Source: Ascidiella aspersa (lineage: Eukaryota). Taken from it: 64,000 nt of DNA. The notes under the pieces were generated by a model, which ran no database searches, was not told the DNA's origin, and saw only the letters and a program-made list of their open reading frames with translations. Made by a program: the position numbers and the translations under genes. The stretch lies in the NCBI GenBank assembly GCA_963924565.1, contig OZ004607.1:32984001-33048000 (forward strand), given 5' to 3'. This document shows, piece after piece, positions 50,601-63,858 of the stretch. Numbering within the stretch: position 1 is the first letter of the stretch; the number at the start of each line of letters is the position of its first letter.

Positions 50601-53600
50601 AACCCTTATTTTTTACCTATCTTATTCAATTGGTGGCAGTCAAATTATAACCTTTTAGACGTGAACGAGTGTCACACAGGATCGAACTGCGTTCACGGTT
50701 CTTGTACCAACACTCCAGGGTCGTATAGTTGCAGTTGTCAGATGGGTTGGTCTGGAGTGAAGTGTAACAACGGTAGGTGCTCTTATCTTTCTACAGTATA
50801 TTACACAGATAGTAGGGTAAACCCACGGCATTCATTTAGCGAAAAGTTTTTAAAACTTTCAAAGTAACTATATAGATTTAAGCAGTACCGGATTAACCAT
50901 TAGGCTATTGAAGCTTTAGCTTAGGCCCTGGAAAAATTCGGCCCTTAATTCTTTAAGGTTAAATTTTTGTTGCAGTAAATCATTTCAATTTTTCATGTAT
51001 GTTTTTCTATTACTCTTTGTAGCTTAGTTTGCCAAATTAGGACCTTCTCTAGTAAACAGCCTTAGGCCTACAGTATCCTTAAACCACACTGGATTTAGGG
51101 TAATGATAATCTCGAGCCATACACGCTAAGCCAGTGGTCTCCAACCTTTTTGGCTAATGACACCCCAAATAAAATATTAATAGTTTACTTTAAGGCACCT
51201 TGATTTACATTTTCTCTAGGTGGTTTACTGTAAGGTTACAATGAAAGAAATTTAATAAACCCACACCATCTTTGTACAATTAGCCTAATAGTAAATCAAT
51301 TTGTTGCATTTTAAACTTCAAAAAATTATATCAAACGGCTAAATTAACCTCCACGGCGGAACCTTATCCCTAATGGAAACAGGTTGTCAGAGAACTGGGC
51401 TCAGGCCACTACTGATCAGACATTCTCGGCTCCTTTTTGCCCAATGGGAAGGACCAGCCACAATCCTTACCTTCTTTAAGTTTAGTTTACATCACTAAAG
51501 TCCTTAACGTTTAACAATGGAGAAAAAAATCTAGAAGAATTCGAAATATTTCACATTACCTCCTTGATCGTTAGAAACGGGACCACCGCTAGAAATCACA
51601 GGGTTAAATAGGGAAGCCAGAACTCGTGATAAAAGTTGTATTTTGTGTTTTATCCAGTTTTATCTATTTCAAGATGTTAACGAGTGTGCGATCAGTTCGA
51701 CCTGCGTTCATGGCAGTTGCGTCAACTCGCAAGGATCATACAGGTGCAACTGCAATCAAGGCTGGCAAGGAACGAAATGCAACAGTGGTACGTGACTCGG
51801 TTTCATTCTCAAGTAGAGTTGAACATATACATTGTAGAACATGCTACCTTTAATATGTTAAAAAAATATTGCAAATATATTCGAAGTGTTCATAAAATGC
51901 TACGCATACTTTTGAGCTTTGATATTCATTCTACTACAATTTCTAGCATTATCTTGAGATTTATTCGAAACTCTCACGAAATGCTCTCTACTTCTGTATG
52001 TGTTTTGATATCCATTCTACGTCTACGAAACGTTTACAAAATGCAAACTAGTTTTGAATTGGCTTTGATATTTAGTCTACCAACTACAACTTCTAGCCAT
52101 TTTTTCGTATTATTCAAAACATTTACAAAATACTAACTACATGTGTTTGGGCCCTATCCTTATCCTACGGCCAACTACCCTTCAGATATGATTTAGTTGA
52201 AATTAACACAAAAAGCTATCCAATCTCTATGGGCTTTAAAATTCATTCAACGACTAACTACAACATACCAACATTAATCTACTTTTGTATTGGCTTTATA
52301 TTCATTTCACTACCACCTCCAGTGATTTTCTTAAGAGTTAACGTTTACAAAATGCTACATTGGGCTTTGATATCCATCCAACGTCTACTTGCTTATCTCT
52401 AGATGTCGACGAATGCCTGACGAGTTCTAATTGCGTGCACGGCAATTGTTCTAACTCACAAGGTTCTTACAGCTGTAGCTGCCAGCAAGAATGGACAGGG
52501 CAGAAATGTGACGAAGGTTAAGTGCTTGTTTTGTATGCTAAACATTTAAAAGCTTACAGAAAAACGCTAAAATTTTTTACTCCATCTTTTGTCTTCCAGA
52601 CGTAAATGAATGCCTTGTGACTTCGAATTGCGTCCACGGAAGTTGCTTAAACACAGAGGGGTCTTACAATTGCAGTTGTAGCCCGGAATGGAAGGGGAGT
52701 AAATGTGATACAGGTATAAGTGGTCTATCCTAATAGTTTATGAGGCCGCATAATTTTATAACGTTGTTTTTTAGTTCTGTTACTTGTCATGGCGTGATCG
52801 AGTCCAATTAAACAATGACTTGTAAAACATTTAGTTTATTTTTCTGAAAAAAAAATTCGTTTTTGATGTAAAATAATTACGATATTACCAACTACAAACA
52901 AAACTGTTTTTACAGGAATTAGGTAATTTTTAGAAACAAAGTATTATCCAACCAAAAAAAAGGAATTGACTGAACGAGTTACGATTAAGCCATTTTTGTA
53001 GACAATAAAGTTATATTTTTTTGTTGTACACACTTTTAAGCAAAGCAATCACACAGGGCAACTAACCTTTATGCACCGATGACCATACGTTATATATTTA
53101 GATGTGAACGAATGTCTGAACAGTTCTAAATGCGTCCACGGCAACTGCACTAACTCCCAAGGATCTTATAGCTGCAACTGTGAAAAGGGCTGGACTGGAG
53201 TAAAATGTGACAAAGGTATGTAATATATATTCAATAGATGAATCAGGTGGCGCTATATAAAGACCAATTTTATTAAAATGTCGACATTCTCGAAGTCGAA
53301 AATTCACTACAATTTGTCTTTATATAGTGACAATTTGTCTTTATATAGTCTGATTTATCTTTTTAGAATGAGACAAATAGGCTACAGCTATTTACGAAGA
53401 TATATTTACTATGTATCCAAATTTGGTGTTATTCATCAAACAATTTCGGAATAATGATGGCAGACAAGAATTTGTTACTCACGGCAGACAATAATTTGTG
53501 TACTAAGATCAATAATTAGAAGACTTATAGATTTCACAAAATCAAATTAAAATGTTTCTAGAAGAAATGCTTAAGCTTGATATACAATTTTGTGCACAAA

Positions 53601-56600
53601 AAGCGATTGTTTGATACAATACTGAATTACGTAATTGCTATGGCCAAACGAAAGTTAAATTAGTTTTTATGGAATAACCTTTTGCGCCAAGGTTAATATG
53701 TCTGAATTTATTTTTTCCATCTAACGTTAAAACGCGCAAAGGAGAATGTTTCCCAGGTTATTAAAGTTGTATAAGCGTTCGTAATACCTTATAAGATAGA
53801 AAATGCTTTTTTTCGATGGCAAACTATGGCTAAAAAATACCGATGTCAGCTTGAATTTAGATGAGCATCGATATCAAAATATTATCGGACGAATACTGGT
53901 ACTACTACTCGTTATCGGCTATCGGCTCATATCCAAATAGTATCGCAAATTAATGGTCAGACCATTATGTTTCTTAACAAAACAAAAAACAGCTAAAATA
54001 TGAGGAGGTTGGATTTTCGTGCACCGAATGAATCTAATTGCAACTTATCATTAATTATAACTATAACGACTAAATCACTCATGTCCAGATGTTAACGAGT
54101 GCTTGAAAGGCAATCCATGCATCCATGGCTGCTGCCAAAACGAACCGGGAACCTTCACTTGCGTCTGTAGTAGCGGATTTGAAGGAAAGCGTTGTGAAAC
54201 AGGTAAACACCATTTGCCTGAGATAGTCAAATTGCTAAGCCGCCAAAATTTGTCGTTGCTTACAGCAGTGCAGTAATGGCTTAAGTCAGACTTGACTTGC
54301 TTGCACTTAAGACTCGGTGTTTAAATGAATTGACTTAACTTAAGTCTTTTAGGCAAATGACTTGAGTTGAATAAAATGTTTTCAATTATTTATCTTAAGT
54401 TTTGCACGTAAAACATTTTGCTTGCAATATGTTAAGTTTTTGTTTGTTTTCGTATAGGCTACTGCTCATAATCAAGCTAGTTTACCAATTTCAATAGTTA
54501 ACGTTAAATTTTTATGACAAAGACTTTACTGGAAATTGATGTGCTCTTTTTCTGACTTACCTTGGACTTGACTTGTTATTTTTTCAAAATGGCTTGACTG
54601 GGAATTATGTCATTTTAAGTGACTTGTTGGAAACACTGGCTCAAAGTTGTAAACTTTAAACGACGATGATAATCTGTGGGAACGATTTAACCAATCGGCC
54701 TGACAAATTTGAATAGCTTCAAGCTGGGTTAAAATTTTACTTCTTTAGTTTTTTTAACCGATCAGAAAATAACTTCCGATTTGTTGCCTTCGCTCATAGA
54801 ATGCGCCACACATTTACGGAAAAGCACAAATAAAATTTAAAACTGGGATGACTTAATTTAATAAAACTATTCATACACCACACAAACCCGAACGCTAATT
54901 GTTTTTCTTAAGCACGATTTAAGCAATCGTTTATTTTTAAGGATTCGGTTAAAGCAAACCTTTCAAAAGACAATGCCTTTAAACAAGTCTAATTTATTTC
55001 AAAAATGAATATAAATGAACAATAAATTACAGTTTAACATCAAACTTTCGGGATCGGGCGTGTAACATATTTTAAGCTGGTTTCTTCAGTAAGGATAATT
55101 TTGACAGTGTTGTATTGACTTAAGTCAATGACTTGACTTTAGTGCACTTAAGTCACTGTTTTTAAATGACTTGACTTGACTTAATTGACTTAAATCATTT
55201 GGGCAAAATTACTTGACTTGACTTGACTTAAGTCTTTTGAACAAATGACTTGGGTTGAAATAAAGCATTTCTTCAAGTATTTGTTTGTTTTAAATTGAGC
55301 TATTTGTCAAAATTTTTGCACAAGAAACAAATTGCCCGGTATATGTTCCGCTTTCCTGATTTTTTAGTTGAGTTATTGTTCATAATCATGCGAGTGTCAA
55401 AATTCTAATAGTTTAACGTTTTATTTTTATGACAAGGACATGACTTGAAGTTGACTTGCCCTAATTATGACTTGACTGGGACTTGACTTTGCGCAACTGA
55501 TGAATTGGACTTGGACTTGACTTGTTACTTATTTGAAAAGACTGGACTTGGACTTAAGTTATTTTACAAATAACTGGACTGGGAATTAAGTCATTTTAAA
55601 ATGACTTGTTTACAACACTGAATTTTGAACTGTCAAGAGAAGTACATCGGGAGCTTTCAACACACTAACCGAAACCAGTTGATCCATTAAGGTTTGTATT
55701 TAACATTATCAGGTTAGAAAACTGGCCTGTGGTGAGGTTCGAACTCACGACCTCAACCTGTCTTCAATCCGCTAAAGTTAATACAAGATTTCGCGTTAAA
55801 ACAGTGGGTAACCGTTGCTTAAGATCAAATAGAAACCAAATGTTTTGTGGCTTGTAGATTTTTTTTATCGACATGTTTTTGTACAGAGACAAATGAGTGT
55901 GCTACGAACCACTGTTCAAATGACATGTCTTGTCATGATGCTATCAATGGATACATGTGCATACAAGACACGATAAGAGATGACATACTGCAAGGTATAA
56001 CACACAAAGCACGTGCCAAGATAGTACCTGGTTTTAAATTTACAACAAAAACGAAATACAAATCCATATATCTAGAGCTTATAATGAGTATCCAGGGACT
56101 TATATAGTTGCACTTAATAAAAAGTATAGAAGAACATTATAGACCAGGTATAACATTTTGTGACCGCTTTATAATCTTTATTGATTTGTGAGGTTTATTG
56201 CCCAATCTCAACATTAGTAGCCATAAAATGGCATTTTTATAAATACAAGAACAAGAAATGACCCTGATTCGAATAAATTTCTTTTTTAACAATGAAAAAA
56301 GCCTTTTTCCAATCAAACCAAAAAAATAATCTATATCCCAATGCAATTTGTAAATGTTATTGGTAAAACATTAATCTGATTAAATTTCAAATGATTTTAT
56401 ATGTTATTAATCGGGTTAAACTGGCTTTAATAATAATAAATAAATAAAATATACTCTATACTAGTAATCTGGTAATATTACCAGAGCAGCCGTTTTTTTA
56501 TTAACGTTATGCCTGGTTTTTATAGCTTTAATGTTTTTAACAGAAACGAACAACTGCATTCCCAACCCGTGTCCGATTGGGACGGAATGCGTCGACGGAT

Positions 56601-56659
56601 ACAACATGTACTTGTGCGCCTATCTCGAGGAACAACGTTCCTGCAAAGACCAGCATTAG
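47641..56659 (+). CDS. Secreted Gla-like + EGF-repeat protein, copy C (13 exons, 479 aa)
   Basis: Exons 47641-47737, 48362-48543, 49058-49082, 49249-49365, 50043-50153, 50659-50772, 51674-51787, 52403-52516, 52600-52713, 53102-53215, 54089-54202, 55887-55994, 56544-56659. Frame intact, and exons are conserved where the 3' introns have diverged. Confidence 0.9.
50883..51091. mobile_element. hAT-type MITE, copy C-specific
   Basis: cagt...actg ends. TSD gatttaag/gatttagg. Empty site in A (~14872) and B (~28515). Confidence 0.7.
55105..55620. mobile_element. hAT-type MITE, full-length gacttgacttaagtc family member (516 bp)
   Basis: TIR cagtgttgta / tacaacactg and perfect 8-bp TSD aattttga. Empty site in B (~33356). 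Confidence 0.9.
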
Positions 56660-58592
56660 TCTGGGCGAGTTTCGACCAGAAATACAACAAAAACGCTTGC
56701 GGAAAAAATGCTTTACAAAACTGTACAAGAAAATGCGCTTATTTTTGCTTTTTATTTAGGAGTTGGTTGACGGCTTGTCAAGGCCTGAAAAATATTACAA
56801 CAAACCGACTGCGAACACAAAATGAAGACGTCCATCTTTTTCTAAAATCGAAAACTTTTTTTTCAACTTCCTCTTTACTTAGTCAAAATGACGAGGCATT
56901 ACGTCACTCACTTAATATTTGGCTTTAGTTGTTTCCTATTTTTTTTTTCTTCTGTCACTTTTATTTATGAATAAAGGCATCGGATGTTGGAAAACTACAA
57001 AATATGTGTTATGAGATCTATTCCTAGAAGAAGAAACAAAATCGTCTAGGCCTCAACGTCATTCACTCCTAGTTATTTGAACGAGGACAAACCATTCGAA
57101 GAACAAAAGTGAATCTTAGTGTTGCTGACGATGAAGTTTGTGCAAAGAAAACTGATTCCAATTGTACAAACCGCGAAACTGGCATCTAAAGGAAACGTTG
57201 GCTTGATTTTGTCGGAATGCAGAATTATTTTAATCACTGGCCACTTGTTAACTCCTTCAGGTGGAGTCATGGATATTTTAGGTGATTTTTATTCCGCTTG
57301 ATTGAATATAGTTGCGATGTATATTAGAGTCGTCCTGAATGTGTGCATAAAACTTTTGCTTTATTTCTGTCCGGTGTTTTGATTGTAACAACAAATGGTA
57401 AAAAAACAGCATCTGTGATTTATTTTGCAAAATACGGAATGCGAACATGTGGTACCATAAAAAGAAGTTAGGTATAGATTTGAGCCCTTTAGAAATAACA
57501 AAGCGTAAGCAAGATTGTTAAAAAATACCTTGTATAAATGTGATATATGCCATATATAGAAACTGTGCAAAAAAATACTTTAAACTACAAAAAATTAAAA
57601 CAAATTAAGCAATTCTTGCGTGTATGCTTTACAAAACAATTCAACTTTTTTTTAAATTAAATCGAAAAAAAAAATTGGTCAATTTTAAGTTGGTTGACAT
57701 TTAAGCTGGATCAAAAAAAAAAAACTAATAAACAAATGCCAGGTTGTAATAGATAAACACATTTTTCGCAAAAAGACCGAAATGAAAATAACATCAACGC
57801 TGTAATAAATACCTGGCGCTGAATACTTGTAAGTGGAATCTGCTTTATGCTAACTTACTCTGCTGTTCTATAGTTTAAAACCGGTTGTTCTTTCATCAAG
57901 TAATACAATTATTATAACCTCCTTTCGTCTATTGTGGTTGGCTTGCTAGTTTGTCACGCATCCCGAGTTATTGGAGTCAAAAAAGCGTCACTTAGGACGC
58001 CTATTTATGAATAAACAATATAAGTTGAACTAACTGAACGGAGACCCACAGTTGCCCAAACGTCGACCTTAGAAGGCCGATGCCAGAACGGCGGTGTCAA
58101 ATCGACGCTTCCGTACTGTATTACATGCTATTTAGGCCTTCACGATGTTATTACGATTGTTTTAGGACTTGTTCCGACTATAGTTTAGGCCTTGTTCCAT
58201 TGAGTTTAGGTTTTTACCGTCGTGGATTTTACTGCGCATTTGGCTTTGTTATGTCCTTGGTTTTTATTCCTGTGGTAATATACATAGTTCCGCACTAGGT
58301 ACTGTTGCTTTTAGGTCTTATTGTTTGTTATTCTAAAATCAGCAATTTGCCTTGCACAATATTCCAACCACACCGATTTAGCAAATCCACAACCGTCCAC
58401 AGTTGATGTCGGATTAACGCCGGTTCAAAGAATAACAAACGGCCTTGCAATAGCTGAGTTGAGAGCCACTTCAGGCATATAGCAGTGACAACATTGCACA
58501 TGTATTGCAACGTGTTGCTCTCAAGCTTGGGCAATATAACTAGTAATCTATGCACTTGTGAGCCTGTACTTATACATTAGAAGCTCTACAAT

Positions 58593-61273
58593 ATGCAGAA
58601 AACTGTGGCCGAGGTGCTCTGGGTTTTGGTCGTTTTGGTCTGTTTCGCAAATTCCGAAAAACAACTGCTCATGGTAAAAAGTGCAGTAAGTAAGATTTTG
58701 AAATGTTTCAGGCGAGCTGCATTTGTTGAACAAATATATCCGATTTGCAGGCTTACTTTGAAATTTCAATTGGCGGTAAGGTGTTAAAGGATCGCCTCGT
58801 CATCGGATTGTTCGACGATATTGTGCCGAAAACTACAAAGAACTTTCGAGAACTTTGCACGAAGGAGAAGGTAGGCTACAAACACAAAAATTTACCTATT
58901 TAGTAAAGTTAAGATCCATGTGGTACATAAGGGACGCACAGCGTTAAAAAAAACTCATTTTTATCGCTAGCTTGCTGTTTTCCTTATTTAAATAAAACTA
59001 TAGCTAAACGGTTATATTTTCATTCGTTAAACATAAACTATATTATTTTAGAGAATAAAAATAAAGTACTAAATAAGTTGTACAGTTATTTTCGTGTTAC
59101 AGTGTACAACGCTATTATGACAGTCAACTAAAGTATGACAGCTCTATAAAGGCGTATAGTTTGTATCAGGGCTGCGGAGTCAGTTAAAAATAACCCAGAG
59201 TCCGAATCCGGCCAAAAAATAAACCAAGTCCGAGTCCTATTCCGCAGCCCTGGTTTGTATAGTGTTCATCAGTTCAGGTACTTTTCATTAATACTTTAAA
59301 TTTTATCAGCACGGATATGGTTACCTGGGAACACCGTTTCATCGGGTGATCCAAGGATTCATGATCCAGGGCGGAGACTGGGAGAGAGGCAATGGCAGAG
59401 GAGGTTTGTAATAAAAAAATTGGACAATAAGTGATAGTTATAGTATATTGATCCACTGTTTTCTATTTGTCAATTTTTTTAGTATTTAAAGGGGCACCTG
59501 GGAATGATAAAATAAAACTTTCTATTCTCAAATCGGTTTACCGGATAGCTCCGAAAAGTGCACTTTGGGTCGTGACGAAAAAAGTTTGCCGACCACTGTC
59601 TTAGGCTTTAGTTTGTTGGAAATTTATTTTTGTACTTAATTCATATTTCATTAATCTGTTTACGGGATAACTTTTTAGGGCTAGTACCGAAATCAGTTAG
59701 CCTAATCTTAACAATCTTGCAAGGAAGGCCAGGCTAGAAAAAAACTAAAAAATAGGCTAGAAAAAACTAACCTGCGTTGAGCGTCGAACTAACGACCTCG
59801 GTCAAACCGGGGCTATCGTAGCCCATGAGCTAACAAAGGCTAGAGGAGAGTAAGGTCTTTATGTTAAGAAAATTAACAGCCCGGTCCAAGCAACTATATC
59901 ACGAAAAACACAATAAAAAGGTATCTATCCAGCCCTCTGTTTGAACTATTACCGTTTTATCCTCCACGTGAAATGGCGATCAAAACGGGTTATAGTCATT
60001 ATTAAAATATAAAATAACTTAATTTTTTTTAGTGCAAAAATTAGTACAATTGATTAAAAACGTCGTCTTTGACTACTTTTTAGCCTTTTTGCATTATGGT
60101 CTCGTCAAGAACGTCTAAGATGATGTTCTCCTCCTACAACGCGCAAAGTCTCCCTGTAGAACACGGTTTCTATAAAGTTGTTGGAGATGACGTCATAACC
60201 CGACGTAATAAAACGAGTCGACTTAATAAAACTGCTGTGTTTGTTTAAAGAACTATAAAAAGTTAAAATACTTTAAAAAAGACGGCTAGGTTAAGGAGCA
60301 ATACCTGGCACAGCAATCGAGCAACTGTTGAATCTGCTAACAAAAGCAATGTTTTAAGTTACTAATAACCGACCGCTTACCGTGTCCAATTACCTCAGGT
60401 GGAAGCATCTATAAGAACAAGCAAAGGGAACCCGACATGTTCGAAGACGAAAACTTCAAACTTAGGCATTACGGCGCCGGCTGGGTCAGTATGGCCAACG
60501 CCGGGCCCGACACCAATGGGTCCCAATTCTTTATCACCCTGGCTCCGACCCCCTGGCTCAATGGAAAGCATGTTGTTTTCGGGAAGGTTCTACGTGGAAT
60601 GGTAAACTCCAGCTCGTAAAAGAACTATATGTTCTGTAGTAGAGTATGTATATTGTGAGCAGTTAACGCTCTAAGATCGTTATGCAGTGAGGCTAAAAAC
60701 ACGTTTTGACGTAACTGTGTTCGTGATTTATGACAAATAACATGCCCCCCTCAAAAACTCCTAGATTCGAGCCTGCTCTTGTGTGACAAACAACTTATCT
60801 GGTCTTATTAGTTTGGCTTTGACCTGCTGCTTATTGACTTGATAAATGTATTTCTCCAATATTGTTAGGTTCAACTCGAAAAAAAAGAAAAAAAATGTCA
60901 ACAGTTTCACCTGATGTTCGACATTTTCACAAAAGCAAAATTATCCATAATACCACGATAACAAAAAAACGCATAAAAGTTTACATTTGAAGGAGCGTAC
61001 AAGTAATATCTTATTCTTGAGATCAAGCAAAAGTGCGTAATTATTAAACGAAAACATGTGACTACTGCTGAAAAATCGAGTAGGCCTATTCCTTATCAGA
61101 TTTATCTCTGTGCTTGACAGAGCGTTGTTCGTGCGATTGCTAGTGTTTCGGTGAATTCCGCTGGAAAGCCCCACGAAGCAGTGAAAGTGGCAAGCTGTGG
61201 AACTATGGATATCACCAAACCCTTTGCTGTAGAACCGACTGGCGTAGCCGACGATTATCACTCGGAACTGTAA
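58593..61273 (+). CDS. PPIB: ER cyclophilin (PPIB/PPIC-like peptidyl-prolyl isomerase), 5 exons, 220 aa
   Basis: Exons 58593-58685 (signal peptide), 58751-58870 (AYFEISIGG...[15 protein letters not shown]), 59310-59403 ([15 protein letters not shown]), 60399-60601 ([33 protein letters not shown]...[12 protein letters not shown]), 61121-61273 (ends HSEL stop). Intron positions and phases match the PPIB family. Confidence 0.92.
59167..59252. mobile_element. Tiny hAT MITE (86 bp) in cyclophilin intron 2
   Basis: TIR cagggctgcgga / tccgcagccctg and perfect TSD gtttgtat. Confidence 0.85.
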
Positions 61274-61617
61274 TCGACTTATTTCACTGTTTGTGCTGTG
61301 TAGCGTACTTTTGTCGAGCGCGCCTATTAAAAGAATGTGAGTTGCCCTGAAAACCAATATCAGTGGTTCTTAATCTTTTCTAGCTGTGTTTCAAACAAGA
61401 AAGTTAACGTAAACTACTTTGCCCTGATTTTAAGCTGAATACGTCGTAAAGCTTCGGTTTAGATTTTAAGTTCTAGGTTTAGCAACTTATATCTCCCGAC
61501 TGTTCACATATTTGAGCCCCTCCTTGCTTGTACAAAAATTCTGGTTAGATAAGTTTTTGACAATAGGTTTACAATGTTGTATGCTTTATGCAGTAGGTTG
61601 GTAAATTTTAAGTCGAT

Positions 61618-61967
61618 TCATCGACCATAATTAAGGTCTTGAACAACCGCATCAAAGTCCAAAATTATGTCGAAGTGCTTCTTCAGCAAATCTTTCCACT
61701 CTTGATCGTTCGTTGCCGTCTCAACGCTCAAAACCTGCTCAGTGTTGGGTCCGATGAACATTTTGTCGGTAAATACCCGGCCCCACATAATTTTGCATCC
61801 GTCTTTGCGCTTCAAAATGCACACAGTGTTGTGCTTGAGAAAACTGGCGGCGTCGTCCTGCTGAAACGCGCAAGGATCGCTGTAATCGTCCAGTGTTCGC
61901 GACTCTAAGTCGAACCTGTAGAGAATTTCCCACTGCAAACTCTCGTCGTTATTCGTCGGTAAGTTAC
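61618..61967 (-). CDS. NAT: Terminal exon of a second arylamine N-acetyltransferase paralog (upstream exons probably beyond the window end)
   Basis: Phase-1 acceptor ttttggcag. WEILYRFDLESRTLDDYSDPCAFQQDDAASFLKHN...KDLLKKHFDI aligns with exons 3+4 of NAT-C. Confidence 0.85.
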
Positions 61968-62032
61968 CTGCCAAAAAACATTTACTGATTGAAACACATG
62001 TGATAATAACTCTGAGAACATATGGTATAAAT

Positions 62033-62299
62033 CAGGGGTTCTTAACGCGGACCCCCCAAATTTTTTTTAAATGACGTCATAAATGTACGTCACAGTACAA
62101 ATAGACTTCATAAATTTGCTGATTTTGGTCCAAAAATTGAAAGTGTGCAATGGAGTCTAAATACATTCAGTGCAAAACCGATTTACTTATAATGAAACTG
62201 TTTTTTTGATAAATTATTACTTTAAAGAAAAGTATTATTTCAATTAGGCCTTCCCGGACCGCCTAAAACTAGTTCACGAACCCAGTTTAAGAACCACTG
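62033..62299. mobile_element. hAT/Charlie-like MITE
   Basis: caggggttcttaa...ttaagaaccactg ends; imperfect TSD gtataaat/gtatgtat. Confidence 0.7.
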
Positions 62300-62440
62300 G
62301 TATGTATTTTGCATCCAAAAGCTTCACTGACAACATTTTTTGTATGCGCTACACACATTTCAAGTGGTTCTCAACTTCTGCTTAACTACATCCTACGGCA
62401 GTAATTTTTACCTGGGGTGTATGCCTAGGTTTTCCAAGTT

Positions 62441-62508
62441 GTGGTAAGGCGTTGGACTTAAGTTCGAATGGATACCTATCCGCATGGGTTCAAACTATTA
62501 CAGCCGTC
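62441..62508 (+). pseudogene. tRNA-Leu(UAA)-derived pseudogene
   Basis: gtggtaaggcgttggacttaagttcgaatggatacctatccgcatgggttcaaac follows the animal tRNA-Leu(UAA) D-arm, anticodon, long variable arm (ggata-cc-tatcc) and T-arm pattern. The anticodon stem has mismatches and the acceptor stem is lost. Confidence 0.7.
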
Positions 62509-63548
62509 CACAAGCATATGAGTAAAAGGGACTGTTGGGAAACCAAACTCATTTTTATTACTACTTTAATAATAATTAATAAATTTGTGGCAAATTTATA
62601 AGGGGTACAAGCTCTAAGCCTACTATGATATATTTTACTGTTTTTATCGTGATTTAATGGTTTCATTCGACGGATGGTGTAAAATCCGCTTTTAGGCGTT
62701 TTTTTAACTCATAATTACACATATGTTTAGTTAGGTATGGGCAAATTAAAAAATATGGTTCATGATTTTGTGATTTGCCTGTTTTCTAGCTAATGATTTT
62801 AATAGTTCACCGGTATTTGCGCACTCGTTATTTAATTTTGCTACGTTTACGCCTCATTTGGCCTACAGTATGTTACGTCAGGCTATCTGGTATAGTTGAT
62901 CTAAGCTGTGGACAGGGGAGACCAGGCCATGCCCTCCCAAATTGCAAAAGGCGATTCTCCCCAATTTTATCAAAATATAAAAGGTCAGATAGAAAGTCTC
63001 TGCAGATATGGAAACACAACTTAGTCGTATTGTTGTGGATTGTAACATATTATAGCTCTTTACAAAATAGTAATGAGGCAATCCCCTTTAATTTTACTTC
63101 CCGGTTTGACCAAGTCTATCGGGCGATGCAAGTTAAGGAAATTACTATATAGCTTTTTTCCATGCCTTACTTCGGAAGGAATGACATCAATCTATCACAA
63201 ACTAAACTGTCTACCTCAGCAGGGATTTCAAGACAGTTATACAAGGAAATTTGAGCTCAGCTATGCAAGGCGTGCAATATATCATAAATTGTGCGACAAT
63301 TAATAAGATGAAACCTTATTTTAAAGAGTCGGTGTTCATCACGAGTAAACATGTAGCTAAACTTGTGACGTCAAAGTAATTTTTACCTACTGACAACTGG
63401 CAAAAGAGGTTATACATATTTCAAAGGTTTATGATAATATTCTAGTTGCACTATACTCACACGTTTTGTAAGCTAGCAGTATTTAGAGATGTTTTGGGTG
63501 AGTTAATTAACATTTCCTTATGTTTGTCTATATTTCGAAGCTATAGGT

Positions 63549-63858
63549 CAGTGTTTTTTAAACTGAGGTCCCCCCCCCTCCCTTGTAAGGTTCACAAAGG
63601 GGGCGTGAGAAATTGACGAACTCTGTATGAATTATGACTAAACATTAAGGTGAAGTAGGCTAATATTTTCCTGCTACTAATTCTCGGACTAGGCATTTGG
63701 TATTCAAAAAACAATACATCTTTTTTCGCATTAAAGCAACTTACTCGGAAATAAATTGCAGTTCTGTTTTATGTTTTTTGATGTTCAAACAAGGTGGGGC
63801 GCGAGTTTTGTTATAATTGTAAAAGGAAGGCGTGTCTTAAAAAGTTTAAGAACCACTG
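63549..63858. mobile_element. hAT/Charlie-like MITE
   Basis: cagtgttttttaaact...agtttaagaaccactg; TSD ctataggt/ctatagat. Confidence 0.75.

Noticed and set aside
50409-52136. 150-aa ORFs at 50409-50867 and 51684-52136
   Set aside because: Intron read-through around single EGF exons, or out-of-frame overlaps; not conserved in copies A and B.
58328-58555. Possible divergent minus-strand gene upstream of the cyclophilin (homolog at 35659-35892)
   Set aside because: Reading frames differ between the two copies through indels and no motif is recognisable. It is more likely promoter or UTR sequence; a non-coding transcript cannot be excluded.
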